From positions 1 to 40,581 of the forward strand of contig JAUCBJ010001903.1 of the NCBI GenBank assembly GCA_032718475.1: a DNA stretch of 40,581 bases, read 5' to 3'. Source of the stretch: Nemertoderma westbladi. Lineage: Eukaryota; Animalia; Xenacoelomorpha. Positions 1 to 12,714 of this stretch are shown here, in pieces; within the stretch, counting starts at the first letter, position 1; every line of letters starts with the position of its first letter. Both the position numbers and the translations under genes were made by a program. The notes beneath the pieces were generated by a model that was not told the DNA's origin, did no database searches, and worked only from the letters and a program-made list of their open reading frames with translations.

Positions 1-443
1 GTCAGCATCAGAGATTCCATTGACGTCATTTGTTAAACCCGGTTACCATGGCAACTGATTCAAAAACGAGTTTCAAACGCCGATTTTCAGTAAATACCCG
101 AAAAATATAAACCATTGATTAATAATTGTTCCACATTTGGAAAAATCATCTAACATTATAGATATATGTATTGTCCCTGAGACAAAATAGTTTACGTGAC
201 TTAATGTGACCATGGTTACAGGACTACCACAGGTCCATTTAAATTGAACTACTAGAAATTAACAGGGTCTCAGGGATAATAAATTTCCACATGGGGAACA
301 ATTACTAATCAATGGTTTTATATTTTTCGGGTAATTATTATTAATTATTAATTAACTGAAAATCGGCGTTTGAAACTCGTTATTGAATCAGTTGCCATGG
401 TAACCAGGTTTTAAATGACGTTAATGGAATTTGTGATGCTGAT
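1..443. mobile_element. Long inverted-repeat (foldback/MITE-like) element, arms ~1-185 and ~266-443; may extend left of the window
   Basis: GGTTACCATGGCAACTGATTCAAAAACGAGTTTCAAACGCCGATTTTCAG (41-90) is the near-exact reverse complement of CTGAAAATCGGCGTTTGAAACTCGTTATTGAATCAGTTGCCATGGTAACC (356-405). TCCCTGAGAC pairs with GTCTCAGGGA at the inner ends. Confidence 0.75.
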
Positions 444-1891
444 ATTTGGGGGGTAGGTCAAGGTTAGAAGACTGTAGGTTTATTGGAAAGTGGACTTTTG
501 TAAATGACCTCCTGTTGTCATGGTAATATGGGACCGATAAATAATGTATAATAATGTATAATACTGTACCAATAATTACCTACACCTGTGCCAATTATTA
601 TTTGTCCAGAACGTCCACATCAACCTTATTTTGAGGTTAAGCGACCTGACTATTAGGATTTGAAGCCAGAGTAATTGAAATTATGAAATTAGAGTGGTTG
701 GAAAAACACTGTCGGTAAGTTTTAAAGGCGTAAAGTATACATTTTAGATGGTTTGGTATTTTCTTGATGTCATTTTTGTAATGAAGTTAATTCAGTACAC
801 TTTCCTTCAGCTACGGTTACAATTATAAAACGTGTAAGTAAAACTGAATGGCCATTCAATATCGCTATAGTTATTTTATCATAATCAATATCTCGTTATT
901 CACTGTACAGTATCAATTGGTAGGCTACTAATGGAGCATATTATATTAGGTTTCGAACACATATAATAATTACCTATGTGGTAATGCAGTCAGTTGGTCA
1001 TCTGCGCTCTGGCTTCCATAGGACTAGACTGCTAGGCATGAGTTGGAATATTTTATTAGACAGGCAATTTATTATAATTAAATAAATCAACTTAACATTA
1101 TACAGCTATTATATACAGTAGAATAATTAATTATGTAGGTAGTTACTGTGGTACTATACCCGCGGTAGTATACTGTATATAACATGGAAGTAGTGTAACG
1201 TGACAGGTGTAAATAAATAATTACATGACGGCAGACAAATGGTTTATTAACAATGTACATTACGTAATGCTTCATTCATATTGAAAATGAAAGAATTTTC
1301 AGCAAATAATACCGAGAGCGCAACGAGGGAGGTTTACATAAATAAATAACATTTATTATAGGAAGGGATCTAGGGGTCTTTACCTCGAATGATAAGTTTA
1401 TTTTACCGAAAATAACTTATCTTTTATTGGCGCAATTGTCATCACATGCGTACTTTTTAACCGGGTAGTGTACAAATTTAGGAATCGCGCAATTTTTCTT
1501 GAAACATTGTTACTATCAATAATAAATACATAAATAAGCTAGTAGAACACCTCATTACCAAGCAACTGTACATCAAAAAAATCAGGAAAACCAATTTGAA
1601 AGAACTGAATCGAAAAATTGTCCATAATTTATCTAAGCCCCAAAAAAACAGCCCTCCGCCGAATTAGAACCAACAACAACATTGCGATAATACAGTAGGG
1701 GGGGGGGGGGGGATAAATTACTTAAAGTAGTTACTGTAAGATGTATCTAAATTATTTTCTCTGGCTAGTTTTCTCGGCCGAGAATTTATAATCATAAAAC
1801 TTGTAACGGCGGGAAATTTAAAATATTATCAATTATTGGTAAGAGCAAATAGCAAATAGTATCTATTGATATTGAGTAAATATAACAACTA

Positions 1892-2110
1892 CCGGTGTAG
1901 CAGAAAATTTCCACCCCCCTAAAAATTAACCTCCCGGCCCGGTTAAAATTCCTAAGAGTATTTTCACCTCCCGGTTAAAATTCCCTAGTGTATTTTCACC
2001 CCCGATCAGCCGGTTAGAATTAACAATTATAATTCACTACTATAATTCGGTACCGGTACTTTAACCGGGGGTGAAACTACTCTGCCCAGGGTAATTTATT
2101 TAGTGACTAC
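1892..2110 (+). mobile_element. Left-end fragment of a CCGG-terminated non-autonomous DNA transposon (same family as 35398-37191)
   Basis: Begins CCGGTGTAGCAGAAAATTTCCACCCC, identical to 35398 onward, followed by CCCGGTTAAAATTCC subterminal repeats. Confidence 0.7.
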
Positions 2111-3664
2111 TGAAAAAATTATAACATGTAATGCAATTGGTGTTTCTCTGGATAACATTTTGTATTTTTCCAATCAAAACGATATTTTTTATTTTTGTTG
2201 TGTTCAGGCAACCCCCTTTCATAAGTATCACTTATGAAAATGATTGTCAACAATGCATATAGGGGGGGGGGGGGGGGGGGGGGGGGCTGGATGCAATAAA
2301 AATTCATCCCTCTCCAGGTGAAATTGGACGCAAATAAAGGCTGATTAACTTTCAAAAATAAAACTGTAACCTGTTATATTGTGTTTAGTTTATTGTTTTG
2401 ATTAAAATAACGTGCCACTGTAACCTGCTCCTTTTTCTAAATTGGGAAATTAAAATTGAGGCGGGATATTAATTCGCCAAGATGGGATTTGCGTTTTAAG
2501 GAGGATGTCAAACCTCCCTGTTTGTCGACAATCGATCTTAGCGTTTCAAAATATGTTAAAAATACATCCGAACTATGACTGAAGAAATATAGCCCATTAA
2601 CCTCTGAACAAAATGAGAACTTTACTTAGCAAATGAGTAAAAAGATTGGAAGAATGAGAGAATTTGACAAAAACATGCCAGCCCTCCATTCCCCATCCTG
2701 CATTAACAAATGTCGTGTCAATATTAAGATATTTTCAAGCCATGTTCGAAGTTTGCATTTCACAAAATACAATAGCCCCGTCTTAACCCCTGTACTCAGT
2801 TACCACCTTATGTAAAATAGACAATTAGGCCTGCCCAGGCAAAATGATAGTTTATTTTATGATAGATCAACTTTATTTCAGTATTTAGTAGACCTATATT
2901 ACATGGTCAGATGGTAGGGTGAAGGGGAAGGGTGTACGTACATACTGACATACTGGTGTAGTACCGGTAGGAGCCGAGCAGTAGGCCTACTCTGTACTCT
3001 CTGACTATACCTGTATACTGCTATAGCTGTATAGGCCTAGGCAGATAGTACTACCAGACTACTGCAGAGCAGAGTTCTGCAGTCGGAGTGCAGATTGTTT
3101 GACTAGCTGCAGCCTGCAGCTAGCAGGCTAGTACTGTAGTAGGCTGGTAGGGATGTAGGCGTAGGGCAGTACAAAGTAGGGTCTCCTACTGCAGCAGTCA
3201 GGCAGTAGCAGTAAACACACCACTGCACTAGACAGGTCACAGGTGACAGGTCAGCAGGTACCGTATATAGCAGTATAGTTATTTAAACATACTGCAGTAG
3301 TAGGCCTAATGCGCGTATGTCAGTAGGCTATGTAGTATGTCAGTATGTAGCGAGTACCGGTAGTATGCGCGATTTTTTGAGATATGCATGACATGAGCTG
3401 CGCGATTTAGTACAGTAGTATGGATTATGGTGAGGTGCGCGACGAGCAAATTTCAGGTGCGCGGTGATCTCGAAACAACAAAGTACAGAAGTATACCTGC
3501 GCGCTCATGCATGAATTCCAACCTGGCGTAAGTCTATATGCAGATATGGCAGTATGGGCATGGCATGACAGCATGACTACAGCTGTGTACCCTGTACCGC
3601 ACAGTTGTACGCTAGAAGCACAGCTAGACCTGTCTGCCTGTAGTTGTAGACCCTAAGACCAAAC

Positions 3665-3940
3665 AGTAGCTTGGTCTATTGGTGACATCCCTGGGCAGCT
3701 GGGCTTCCAATTAGGAAGCCCTGGTTCGATCCCTAGGTGGGGCATGGTTTGAGCACAGCTGAACAGTGATTTAAATGCTGCAGCCTAGCCCAACCCTAGC
3801 TTTCATCCTTGAGTGGTCGATAAATAGGAACCAAGGCAACTTTGGAAAACATAATGGAAGGTTTACTATGCTGCTATGGAATATCCAGATATCATCCGTG
3901 GCTTAAAGAGCCTAAAAAGATTCTCCCATTCAATCAGTCA
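3665..3940 (+). mobile_element. tRNA-derived SINE with Deu/Nin-like central domain (boundaries approximate)
   Basis: A-box-like TGGTCTATTGG (3672), B-box GGTTCGATCC (3723), then GCTTTCATCCTTGAGTGGTCGATAAATAGGAACC (3799-3832), which resembles the conserved Deu/Nin SINE core as I recall it. Confidence 0.6.
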
Positions 3941-3984
3941 ATATATTGTTTTAGTAGGGCCTACCGGTATCTCATGTGCTGAGC

Positions 3985-5400
3985 AAAGGCCTTTGAACCG
4001 TTTCAACAGATTATTTCAGTATCTCACATACTGTGCGAAGGTATCTTCAACATTTCAGCAGATTGTTACAGTACCCCACATGCTGCACGAAGCGACGACG
4101 GTCCCTTAGTATCTCACGTACTGCGCGAAGGTCTCTTAAACGTTTCAACAGCTTCTTACACAATGTTACTGTTACAGTATGCTACGTGCTGCATGAAGCT
4201 CTTATAAACGTTTACACAGATGGTTTCAGTATCTCACGTTCCATGACCTTATGAAGGTATCTTAAATCAGTAAATGTTTCAACAGATTGTTACAGTACCC
4301 CACATGCTGCGCAAAGGTCCCTTAAACGTTTCAACGGATTGTTTCAGTATCTCACATACAGCGTGAAGGTAGGAAGGTATCTTAATCGTTTCAACAGATT
4401 GTTTCAGTATCCCATGTGCTGCACGAAGGTCTCTTAAACGTTTAAACAGCTTGTTAACATTTAACAATGTTACAGTGCGCCACATGCTGCGCGAAGGTCT
4501 CTTAAAAGTTTCAACGGATTGTTTCAGTATCTCACATACTGCGTGAAGGCAGGAAGGTATCTTAATCGTTTCAACAGATTGTTTCAGTCAGGAAGGTATC
4601 TTAATCGTTTCAACAGATTGTTTCAGTATCCAATGTGCTGCACGAAGGTCTCTTAAACGTTTAAACAGCTTGTTAACATTTAACAATGTTACAGTACGCC
4701 ACATGCTGCGCGAAGGTCTCTTAAAAGTTTCAACGGATTGTTTCAGTATCTCACATACTGCGTGAAGGCAGGAAGGTATCTTAATCGTTTCAACAGATTG
4801 TTTCAGTATCCAAGGTGCTGCACGAAGGTCTCTTAAACGTTTCAACAGCTTGTTAACAATGTTACAGTACGCCACGTGCTGCGCGAAGGTCTCTTAAACG
4901 TTTCAACAGTTTGTTGCACAATGTTACAGTACTCCACGTGCTGCGTGAGGGTCTCTTAAACGTTTCAAGTTTCAACAGCTTGTTGTTACACAATGTTGGA
5001 GTACGCCACGTGCTGCGCGAAGGTCTCTTAAACGATTCAAAAGCTTGTTATACAATGTTACAGTGGGCCACGTGCTGCGCGAAGGTCTCTTAAACGTTTC
5101 AACAGCTTGTTACACAATGTTACAGTGGGCCACGCCCGTGCTGCGCGAAGGTCTCTTAAACGTTGCAACAGTTTGTTACACAATGTTACAGTTCGCCACG
5201 TGCTGCGTGAAGGTCTCTTAAACGTTTCAAGTTTCAACAGCTTGTTACACAATGTTGGAGTACGCCACAACGTTTCAACGGATAGTTTCAGTATCTCACA
5301 TACTGCGTGAAGGTATCTTAAACGTTTCAACAGATTGTTTCAGTATCCAACATGCTGCAGCTGCACGAAGGTCTCTTAAACATTTGATCGGATTGTTTCA
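3985..5400. repeat. Complex minisatellite, ~50-65 bp related subunits
   Basis: Recurrent GTGCTGCGCGAAGGTCTCTTAAACGTTTCAACAGCTTGTTACACAATGTTACAGT and CAACAGATTGTTTCAGTATCTCACATACTGCGTGAAGG variants. The ORFs here are repetitive. Confidence 0.9.
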
Positions 5401-6189
5401 GTCGTTTTCTGCACGTTTTTTTTTAGGTGGTTTGAGCTGGTTTGCAGTGCAGACTTCATTTCACATTCTGATAATATTTATTGACATTCTAGTTTTTAAA
5501 ATCTGTTTACGTATGTACATTGACAAATTGAAACAAAATAGCGTAAATACTTAAGTTCAATATTATTCAGAAAGACAACTGTGGGTTTAAGTGCTAAGTG
5601 CTGCTATGTGTTGTTCAATACAAACAACACTAACACACTACCCATTCTGCCATTTTACTGCAGTGTTCTGTAAACTGTATTACAGTAGTATAGTGCTGAT
5701 GGAAAGACAAAATTGGACCTAAAGTCTGAAAGTCCAAAATTGGACGCGCAAAACTTTAAATGTCGGTTGTCTTTGTGGTGCACCGTGAAATTTTCTCGTG
5801 CACGGTTAAAACTCTTATTTTGTAGTAAAGAACATGTAGGTTAAATTTCAGATCCCGTCTGAAAAAATTGTAGGCCGTGGAAAATTAACTGTAATTCATA
5901 TCAAAATTAATTCCGATATTGGAATGGAAGTCCAATTTTGACTTAGCAAGTTCAAAAATTGGATCAAGTCCAAAATCGCCTATACCACCGACTGACTTAT
6001 AAAGTTATAACTAAGTACCGTAACCGTAACTAAAGCAGTCAGTTGGTCAGCCAGTCAGCTAAAAATTGTTAGTAGGCCTACCTGAAGGTACACTGTACTA
6101 TAATCTGATAATACTGTAACAGTGTAATAGTAAGTAAAAACGTTCTTGAACACGCCCCTTGAAAATGGTATTTCTTTTGGGTCCGTCTA

Positions 6190-6337
6190 AACACCCAAAT
6201 CACAACAAATCACACCCAAACAGCCAGACACCAAATCACACCAAACAGCCAGACACCAAATCACACCAAACAGCCAAATCACAAACCAAATCACACCAAA
6301 TCGCAAACCAAATCACAAAAAATAATCCCAAAACCAA
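6190..6337. repeat. Short CCAAATCACA/CCAAACAG low-complexity tandem repeat
   Basis: Directly visible repetition. Confidence 0.8.
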
Positions 6338-6509
6338 TTAGTATTATTTACATAATGTACAAGTGGCAAGTGGAGTGGTAGCCTATACGGAGTGGTAGGC
6401 CAGTCTAAATATGCTGAAAATCTAACTCTGCATGTCCGGGCCAATCTGTTACAAATTGTAGCAATGTCAGCCGCAGCGCCGAGAAATTGACCAAAAATAG
6501 GTATTTGTT

Positions 6510-7086
6510 GGGTGACAGACCGAACGTAATCAGGATCGAACGTAACATAGTTTTTACGAATTGAACGTAACCTCAATTATGTTACATTGGATCCTATAAC
6601 TATGTTACATTCGATCTACAAAATACTAAGCTCGAATGTTACATACATTTATTTCAGTTGTGTTTTGATTTCAGGATTTAACCGATGAAATGCTTCGTTT
6701 ATTTACAGGAAGAAACAGTTTGGTGTTGGTGAGTACAAAACAAAGACCCAATTAAGTGACCTGCAATCTTGTAACATGTGTTAACTTTCGTTTATTGTTT
6801 TGGTTCCCCCAACACGCCTCTGTAACCTGCTCCTTTCAGCATTTAAATATAAGTAACCTGCATAATCTTGTAACATCTGTTAACTTTCGTTTATTGTTTT
6901 GGTTCCCCCAACACGCCTCTGTAACCTGCTCCTTTAAATCTGTAAATGGCAATGTTACATTCGAGCTTAGTAATTTGTAGATCGAATGTAACATAGTTAT
7001 AGGATCCAATGTAACATAATTGAGGTTACGTTCGATACGAAATAACTATGTTACATTCGATCCTGATGACGTTCGGTCATGTATCC
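6510..7086. mobile_element. Mutator (MULE)-like MITE with ~135-bp TIRs and 9-bp TSD
   Basis: TSD GTATTTGTT at 6501-6509 and 7087-7095. GG...CC termini. GACCGAACGTAATCAGGATCGAACGTAACATAG... is mirrored by ...CTATGTTACATTCGATCCTGATGACGTTCGGTC. Internal ~100-bp direct duplication at 6757-6935. Confidence 0.85.
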
Positions 7087-7231
7087 GTATTTGTTAGGTT
7101 GTTAATGGATTTTTCTACTTATTTATAATCAGAAATTGTACGGTCAGACGGTACCTTGCTAATGTAGCAGTTTGCGAAGTTTTATTTAACGATTAACAGG
7201 CCGGTATGGTGGTCAACTATTGAACTGCGAT

Positions 7232-7382
7232 ATGCCGCTGCCTAGTAAACCAGGCAGCATCAGGGATCCAACACTGCAAGCGTTATTCAGTAATGCAGAT
7301 CCCGAGGATGTATTCGCTGATCTACACGAGATTGGTCATGGGAGTTTTGGTGCCGTTTATTATGCTAAACATATATCCTCAG
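7232..7382 (+). CDS. TAOK: TAO kinase coding exon 1 (MPLPSKPGSIRDP...HEIGHGSFGAVYYAKHISS)
   Basis: TAO-typical N-terminus and Gly-rich loop GHGSFGAVY. Donor G|GTGAGT, phase 1. Likely acceptor AACAG at 7195-7199. Confidence 0.95.
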
Positions 7383-8635
7383 GTGAGTTGTCTATTGTAT
7401 GTATACTAGTAATAATAATAAATGCATCAACTGTACAGTCTGACAGTGAGCTTTATATGACACTATGACAATGACAGCCATATTAACAAACGGTACCAGT
7501 GGCCAGTGGGGTACACCGTGGTCGTATGGTATGGCCTCGCGAGTGGTGTGCGTGTGCATGGTCATTGGTCAACCCATCACAAAATGCTATAACTTTACTT
7601 TATTTTAATGTCGTGTCATTTATTACTGTACTACTTCATAATGAACACACATTATCAGGAGCCTTCTGAAATGAAATAATTCTTTCCCATCTGCCCAGTG
7701 CCCATATAGTAATTAATTTGTATAGTACCGTATGTTTATTAAATTATAATAAATAAAATTTATTATTTAATTTATTAAATTTAATTAACTTTTCGATAAG
7801 TTACCGGTATTTACTCGAAAAAATACATGGCCATACCACCCCGGCAAATTTAGACCATGGGGTGGTATGACAACTGCCACATTTTTAACCCACAGCTAGT
7901 CTGCCAGTTAATTTCGGCTAAGGACATACCACACCACAGGTGTAGGACCTTACATGTGAGAACGAACATCGGCAACTAATTCCAGAATTGTATAATGTAC
8001 AAAATAAAATGTTGAGAAGGCGCGTTCAATTGTTATTAAAACTTGATATTTCTCAAAAGGAAGCTGCATAAGTGTTCAAGGTTGTAGGTACCAACACCAA
8101 CATTAAGGAGTCATTCCGGTAGCCTAAATGCGTTTTTCTATCTCCGAAAAAACAGCCAGTTGTTGTAATATAAATACATAAATATTGCACATTTCGTGCA
8201 GCAGCCAGTGGAAAGGTTTGGGAAATACAATATTCAATTGTTATATAATCAAAAAGAAGATTGTTTTCTTCATCTTCTAAAATAAACTCAAACCAGTGTT
8301 TCTAGACATGTGGGGGGGGGGGGGGGGGGGAATCCCATCTCAGCGCATTAATGTTTTGTTTTATGGAAAGGAGCAAGTTATACAGCCACGTTATTCTAAC
8401 CAAAACAATAAACGTACTCGGTAACTCAATAGAACAGGTTATATATATATGGTTTTATTTTTGAGGTTAATCAGTTGTTGTTTTCCCCTCGAGAGGGATG
8501 AATTTGATAGCGTCGAAAGTAACTAGTAAATAGGAAGCAAGCACGTCATCAATAGCGCTAACCAGTTCAGCCACTCTCCAGAGACACTAACTGAATTAAG
8601 TCCAGTTGCAGTTAGTCAGTTAACCAGTTCAGGAC

Positions 8636-9250
8636 AGTCTTGTAAAGAGCTCCTGTATTTCCTACGAAACAGGATATGGTCTATCTGGGACTTGTGACCA
8701 CTGGGTCCACTATGAGTCCATAGCTTTCCAGTTCGCTTCTTGAACTGGGTTCCAGCCGAAAACAATCCATTTCCAGAGATAAAATCCTGAAGATGGACGG
8801 AATTTCGGTTAACACTATTGCTATAGACCCAGGGCGATGTAGGTGATGGTGCATACTTGCATTAAAGTCTCCCAGGAATGTTAAGAATGCATGCTGATCC
8901 ACTCCATCAGTAGGTGCTTGTAGATTGTGGTAGAAATTTTCCACCTCCTCTACAGGGGCAACACTAGTTGGAGAGTAGCACACAATCAGAACCACCTTAG
9001 GAAACTTTCTTAGCCAGTCTTCCAGAACATGAGAAGTGGCAACGGATGATGCGGTTAGAGATTTGGTCTATTTTGTCCAATGCTGCATGCGCAGTTGGAT
9101 TCATCAATAGACCAATACCACCATTGCCACTATCATCTGCTGACGCGAGGGCGAGTCGCCAACCGCCCCCCATGTCCTTAATCAGAACCTCATCAGTCTG
9201 TCCAGTCTGCATTCGGTGCTCTTGAACACCCACTGCGCTAAGAGAAATTA
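8636..9250 (-). mobile_element. Degenerate LINE (RTE-like) APE endonuclease fragment
   Basis: Minus-strand motifs VGVQEHR, GIGLLM, CYSPT, LGDFNA and QIDHILFRRKYRSS across broken frames. Confidence 0.85.
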
Positions 9251-10339
9251 TTTGATATAACCGACAGCTGAACGGACAAACAGACAATGTGGATGACAGA
9301 CAGACATACATACAAGTTGTATGATTTTTATAGACAGATCGTCGGACAGACAGACAGACATAAAGACAAAATAATTTTCGTTAAAAGTAAAAACTGACGT
9401 TTGAAATAAAATCTGCGACCAGAAAAACCCCCATAACAAAACTTTTAAAATTAATATTCGATTTTGTTATATTTTGACAGACAAACCGTCAGAAACACAT
9501 TCCCAGACAGTTATCACAGACACTTTACACACAGATTAAGATTAACATTATAACTCATAACTGTTTAACTACATTATATAGATTAACAAATGGTTTGAAG
9601 TTTTGGAATCATCATAAACATTTGCACCAGGAGGATTGGAAATGAAAAATCGATTTTTTTTCGGAATTAGTCAAATTAGTCGAGCGAATGAGCGGTAGCG
9701 CTCAAATTGGCAGTAACATTAATTGGGTAACCCACATCGTGACCTAATAAATGGTTTGTCAACCAAAAGTTTGACAACAAGGAATTTTTCTTAAAGTGGG
9801 CAAAACGAACCTTTGAGATCAATTCATACAAGGGTGGCGGCGTGTTATAGGCAGCTCACCGAAAGGTAAACTCTACCCAAAACAGAGTTTGGCACTGGAA
9901 GGTTTTTTAAATTGTTTAGCAGGCCATCCCCAACTGAAAGTAGCGATACTGATTTGCCCTGCTTATTCTCAACTTAGGTTTTCGTATATTGATGGGGCGC
10001 TTGTGCAGTTCCCATCTGAAAGCTGTCAACGAATGCTCACCAAACGCTATTAAATCTGGTCATATTTAATTTTAAACGTTTCAAGGTGCGAACAAGCATC
10101 GTAGTAGCGTACACCCTTCGGGTAGCAGCTATAGAAAGAGGAGCCTTTCTGTCGCCACCGGCTTCGTCTGAATGATTACTTGCAAATTTTATTAAGATAA
10201 TGTGAATATTTAAATCGTTTTTCTCAATCTGTACATAAACACTCGGCTCATATAGCTGAAAAGTCTTATTTTTCACACTATGATTGTTTGATGCAAATAT
10301 TTATTGAAGAAATAAAATGTAAGCCACCCCCCCCCCCCC

Positions 10340-10460
10340 CCCCTTCTCTATTTCCTGGATCCTTTGGGACCCAGGCGTTATTTTTTGAAAATTCCGGTTC
10401 CGGTCGGAATTTCGGCCGAAATATTCCTTCATTTGCAATTCCGGTTCCGGTACATCGCTA
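10340..10460. mobile_element. Probable single end of a hAT-like MITE
   Basis: Ends ...TTCCGGTTCCGGTACATCGCTA (reverse complement TAGCGATGTACCGGAACCGG) with repeated TTCCGGTTCCGG. No partner end was found. Confidence 0.4.
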
Positions 10461-10705
10461 TTTGGTACTAATCATAAATATATGCGCGAAGGCACCACTT
10501 CCTGTGCTGATGCTAGAAAAGCTTTCGTTTTATAATTCCACTACAGTACTGCACTGCAATAACAACGATGCTCCTATATATGTATTACGTGGTCATTGAA
10601 ATTTCAATTAATTAAATAGGTCTTCAACCATAATTGTTAATTTTTATTTATTTTTTGTTAATTTTTATTTCTTGTTTACATTAAGTTGTTTTTTATATTT
10701 TCCAG

Positions 10706-10905
10706 GTGAAATTGTTGCAATTAAGAAGATGTCGTATACTGGTAAAGCAGCTCAGGATAAGTGGCAGGACATTATTCGGGAAGTATCATTCCTACAATCC
10801 TGCAAACACGAGAACTGTATTTCTTACAAGGGCTGTTACTTAAAGAGTCACACCGCGTGGTTGGTCATGGAATACTGTTTGGGGTCGGCTTCAGATGTCA
10901 TTGAG
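10706..10905 (+). CDS. TAOK: TAO kinase coding exon 2 ([14 protein letters not shown]...[19 protein letters not shown])
   Basis: Acceptor TTTTCCAG, VAIKK catalytic Lys, TAO-typical [13 protein letters not shown], donor GAG|GTATGG, phase 0. Confidence 0.97.
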
Positions 10906-11532
10906 GTATGGTATGAGGCACTAAGGGGAAAGATTATTAGTTATCGAGTCAAAGTTTGGTTATGTTACGTTAATTTGTTTTCATACATAGGTAATTAGTT
11001 AATTAAAAAAGACACTTTCAATGTACTATAGGCCTAAACTTGGTCATTTACGAATATAGTTAGTGCACAGGGTTAATACTGTACTCGCCACCTTTACAAG
11101 CCTCGTTACGCTCGATCTCATCAGTTGTTCGCCGTAATATATGTGACAACAAGGTGAAAATAATCTTTACTTTTAAACTTTGTGCTCAAATTAAGCACAC
11201 TTATCCTTAAATAATTAAAAAATAGTATAAAAGTGAATATATAATTTTGATGAAGCGGAGTATTAAAATATTTAAAGATTTTATAAATTTAAAAGTGAAT
11301 AAGTTATTTTGTAGAATAAACAAATATGTGTGAAAAAATATTAATTTTGAATTCTATGTTGTACAAGATGAACATATATTTTTAATTTGTAAAATCACTG
11401 ATCTCTGGGTAAAATAACTGTTTTCAATACCCGGGAACCAGTGACCTACCCAGAGACCAAAAAACTGCCCGGAGAATCCAGAGAACAGAGATCTGTGATA
11501 AATCTCTGTTTCAACTCTAGTATAGGCCTATT

Positions 11533-11570
11533 GTATACATACATACATACATACATACATTTACATACAT
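11533..11570. repeat. (TACA)n microsatellite just upstream of the exon 3 acceptor
   Basis: TATACATACATACATAC... directly visible. Confidence 0.9.
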
Positions 11571-11590
11571 ATACTATTTGTATTCACTAG

Positions 11591-11702
11591 GTGCATAAGA
11601 AACCCTTGGCTGAGGTTGAGATAGCTGCTATATGCCAGGATTCTATTAAAGGTTTAAATTACCTCCACGCTAATCGTAAAATACATCGGGATGTTAAAGC
11701 CG
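11591..11702 (+). CDS. TAOK: TAO kinase coding exon 3 ([37 protein letters not shown])
   Basis: Acceptor CACTAG, HRD catalytic loop, donor G|GTAAGT, phase 1. Missed by the ORF track. Confidence 0.97.
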
Positions 11703-12714
11703 GTAAGTTTGGTGGCTTCGTTAGGTGCGCTAGCTTATCCGTAGGTTGGTATATCCGTGGTTAATAATGACTTATATAATTTGTATTGCGCTTGTGAAGT
11801 GCTGCCTTATATTGAGATTATTTTACAGGGTATTATAATTGCAAATAGTTAATGCCAATGTTGGCCTATACTCCTTCTGTACACGCGGTCAATGACCCAA
11901 TACAAGTAGGTTAAACAGGCTCAAAATCACAAAAAGTGGCCAAAAAAATTATTTTTTTTGTAAAAAAATAAAGTTTCCCAAAGTATGTAATATTATATAT
12001 CACCAGAAAGCTCTTGATGCGCTGAATTCAATGGTGGTAATTTCCCAATAGCCCCGACCTCATGGTAACAAATAATTGAGAAAAACAGATGTCCATTCCT
12101 GTAACACTTGTCCCACAATGTAACGCCCGATATCAGCCAATCAGAGCCCTTGAATGGTGATTTCCGATGCCTGTAACAATTTGTCCCACCATGTAACACC
12201 AGTTGTAATTACACTGAAATGTTAAATTATCCTAGATTTCGTCTCTGAGTGGGAGCTATTCAGCCATTCCTGATCCCAGTAACACCTCCCAATAAAGCTT
12301 ATTTGAAAATATAATCAATCATAATAAATCATTATGGTCCCCATTCCTGGACAAATTATAAAATATTATAGTTTATCAAATAAACATAAAGATTTTATTA
12401 AAACATTTTAACAACTTTAGGTACTTTAGTGACGATTTATATGAAAATTCACAAAATATGAGGAGTTTATTACCGAGTTTATAACTGTATATCACTATGG
12501 CTGAGCAGTTAGTCAAAACCTTTAAATTGTTCATCAGTTTCATCTCCACCCTCCACAGAACCTCCTGTACTCCCCACTCCATCGTCTACACCCTCCATAG
12601 ATTCTCCTGTATTCCAAACGTTATCTTGTATAGCCGCCAGGGATCTTCCCATACCCCCCCCCCCCCCCCCCCCCCACTCCTTCAAAACCTATAAATTGTT
12701 CATTATCACTTTCA

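Noticed and set aside
600-720. Possible upstream non-coding exon ending at TCG|GTAAGT (~714)
   Set aside because: A single donor-like motif with no other support; expected by chance.
3876-5554. Multiple overlapping ORFs on both strands
   Set aside because: Products of the minisatellite; no recognisable domain.
5691-5994. Possible hAT-like MITE with AGTCCAAAATTGGAC repeats
   Set aside because: Termini are only weakly inverted and there is no TSD.
7802-8423. Possible pogo/Tigger-like remnant starting TACCGGTATTTACTCG
   Set aside because: The right TIR and coding remnants are too degenerate to support.
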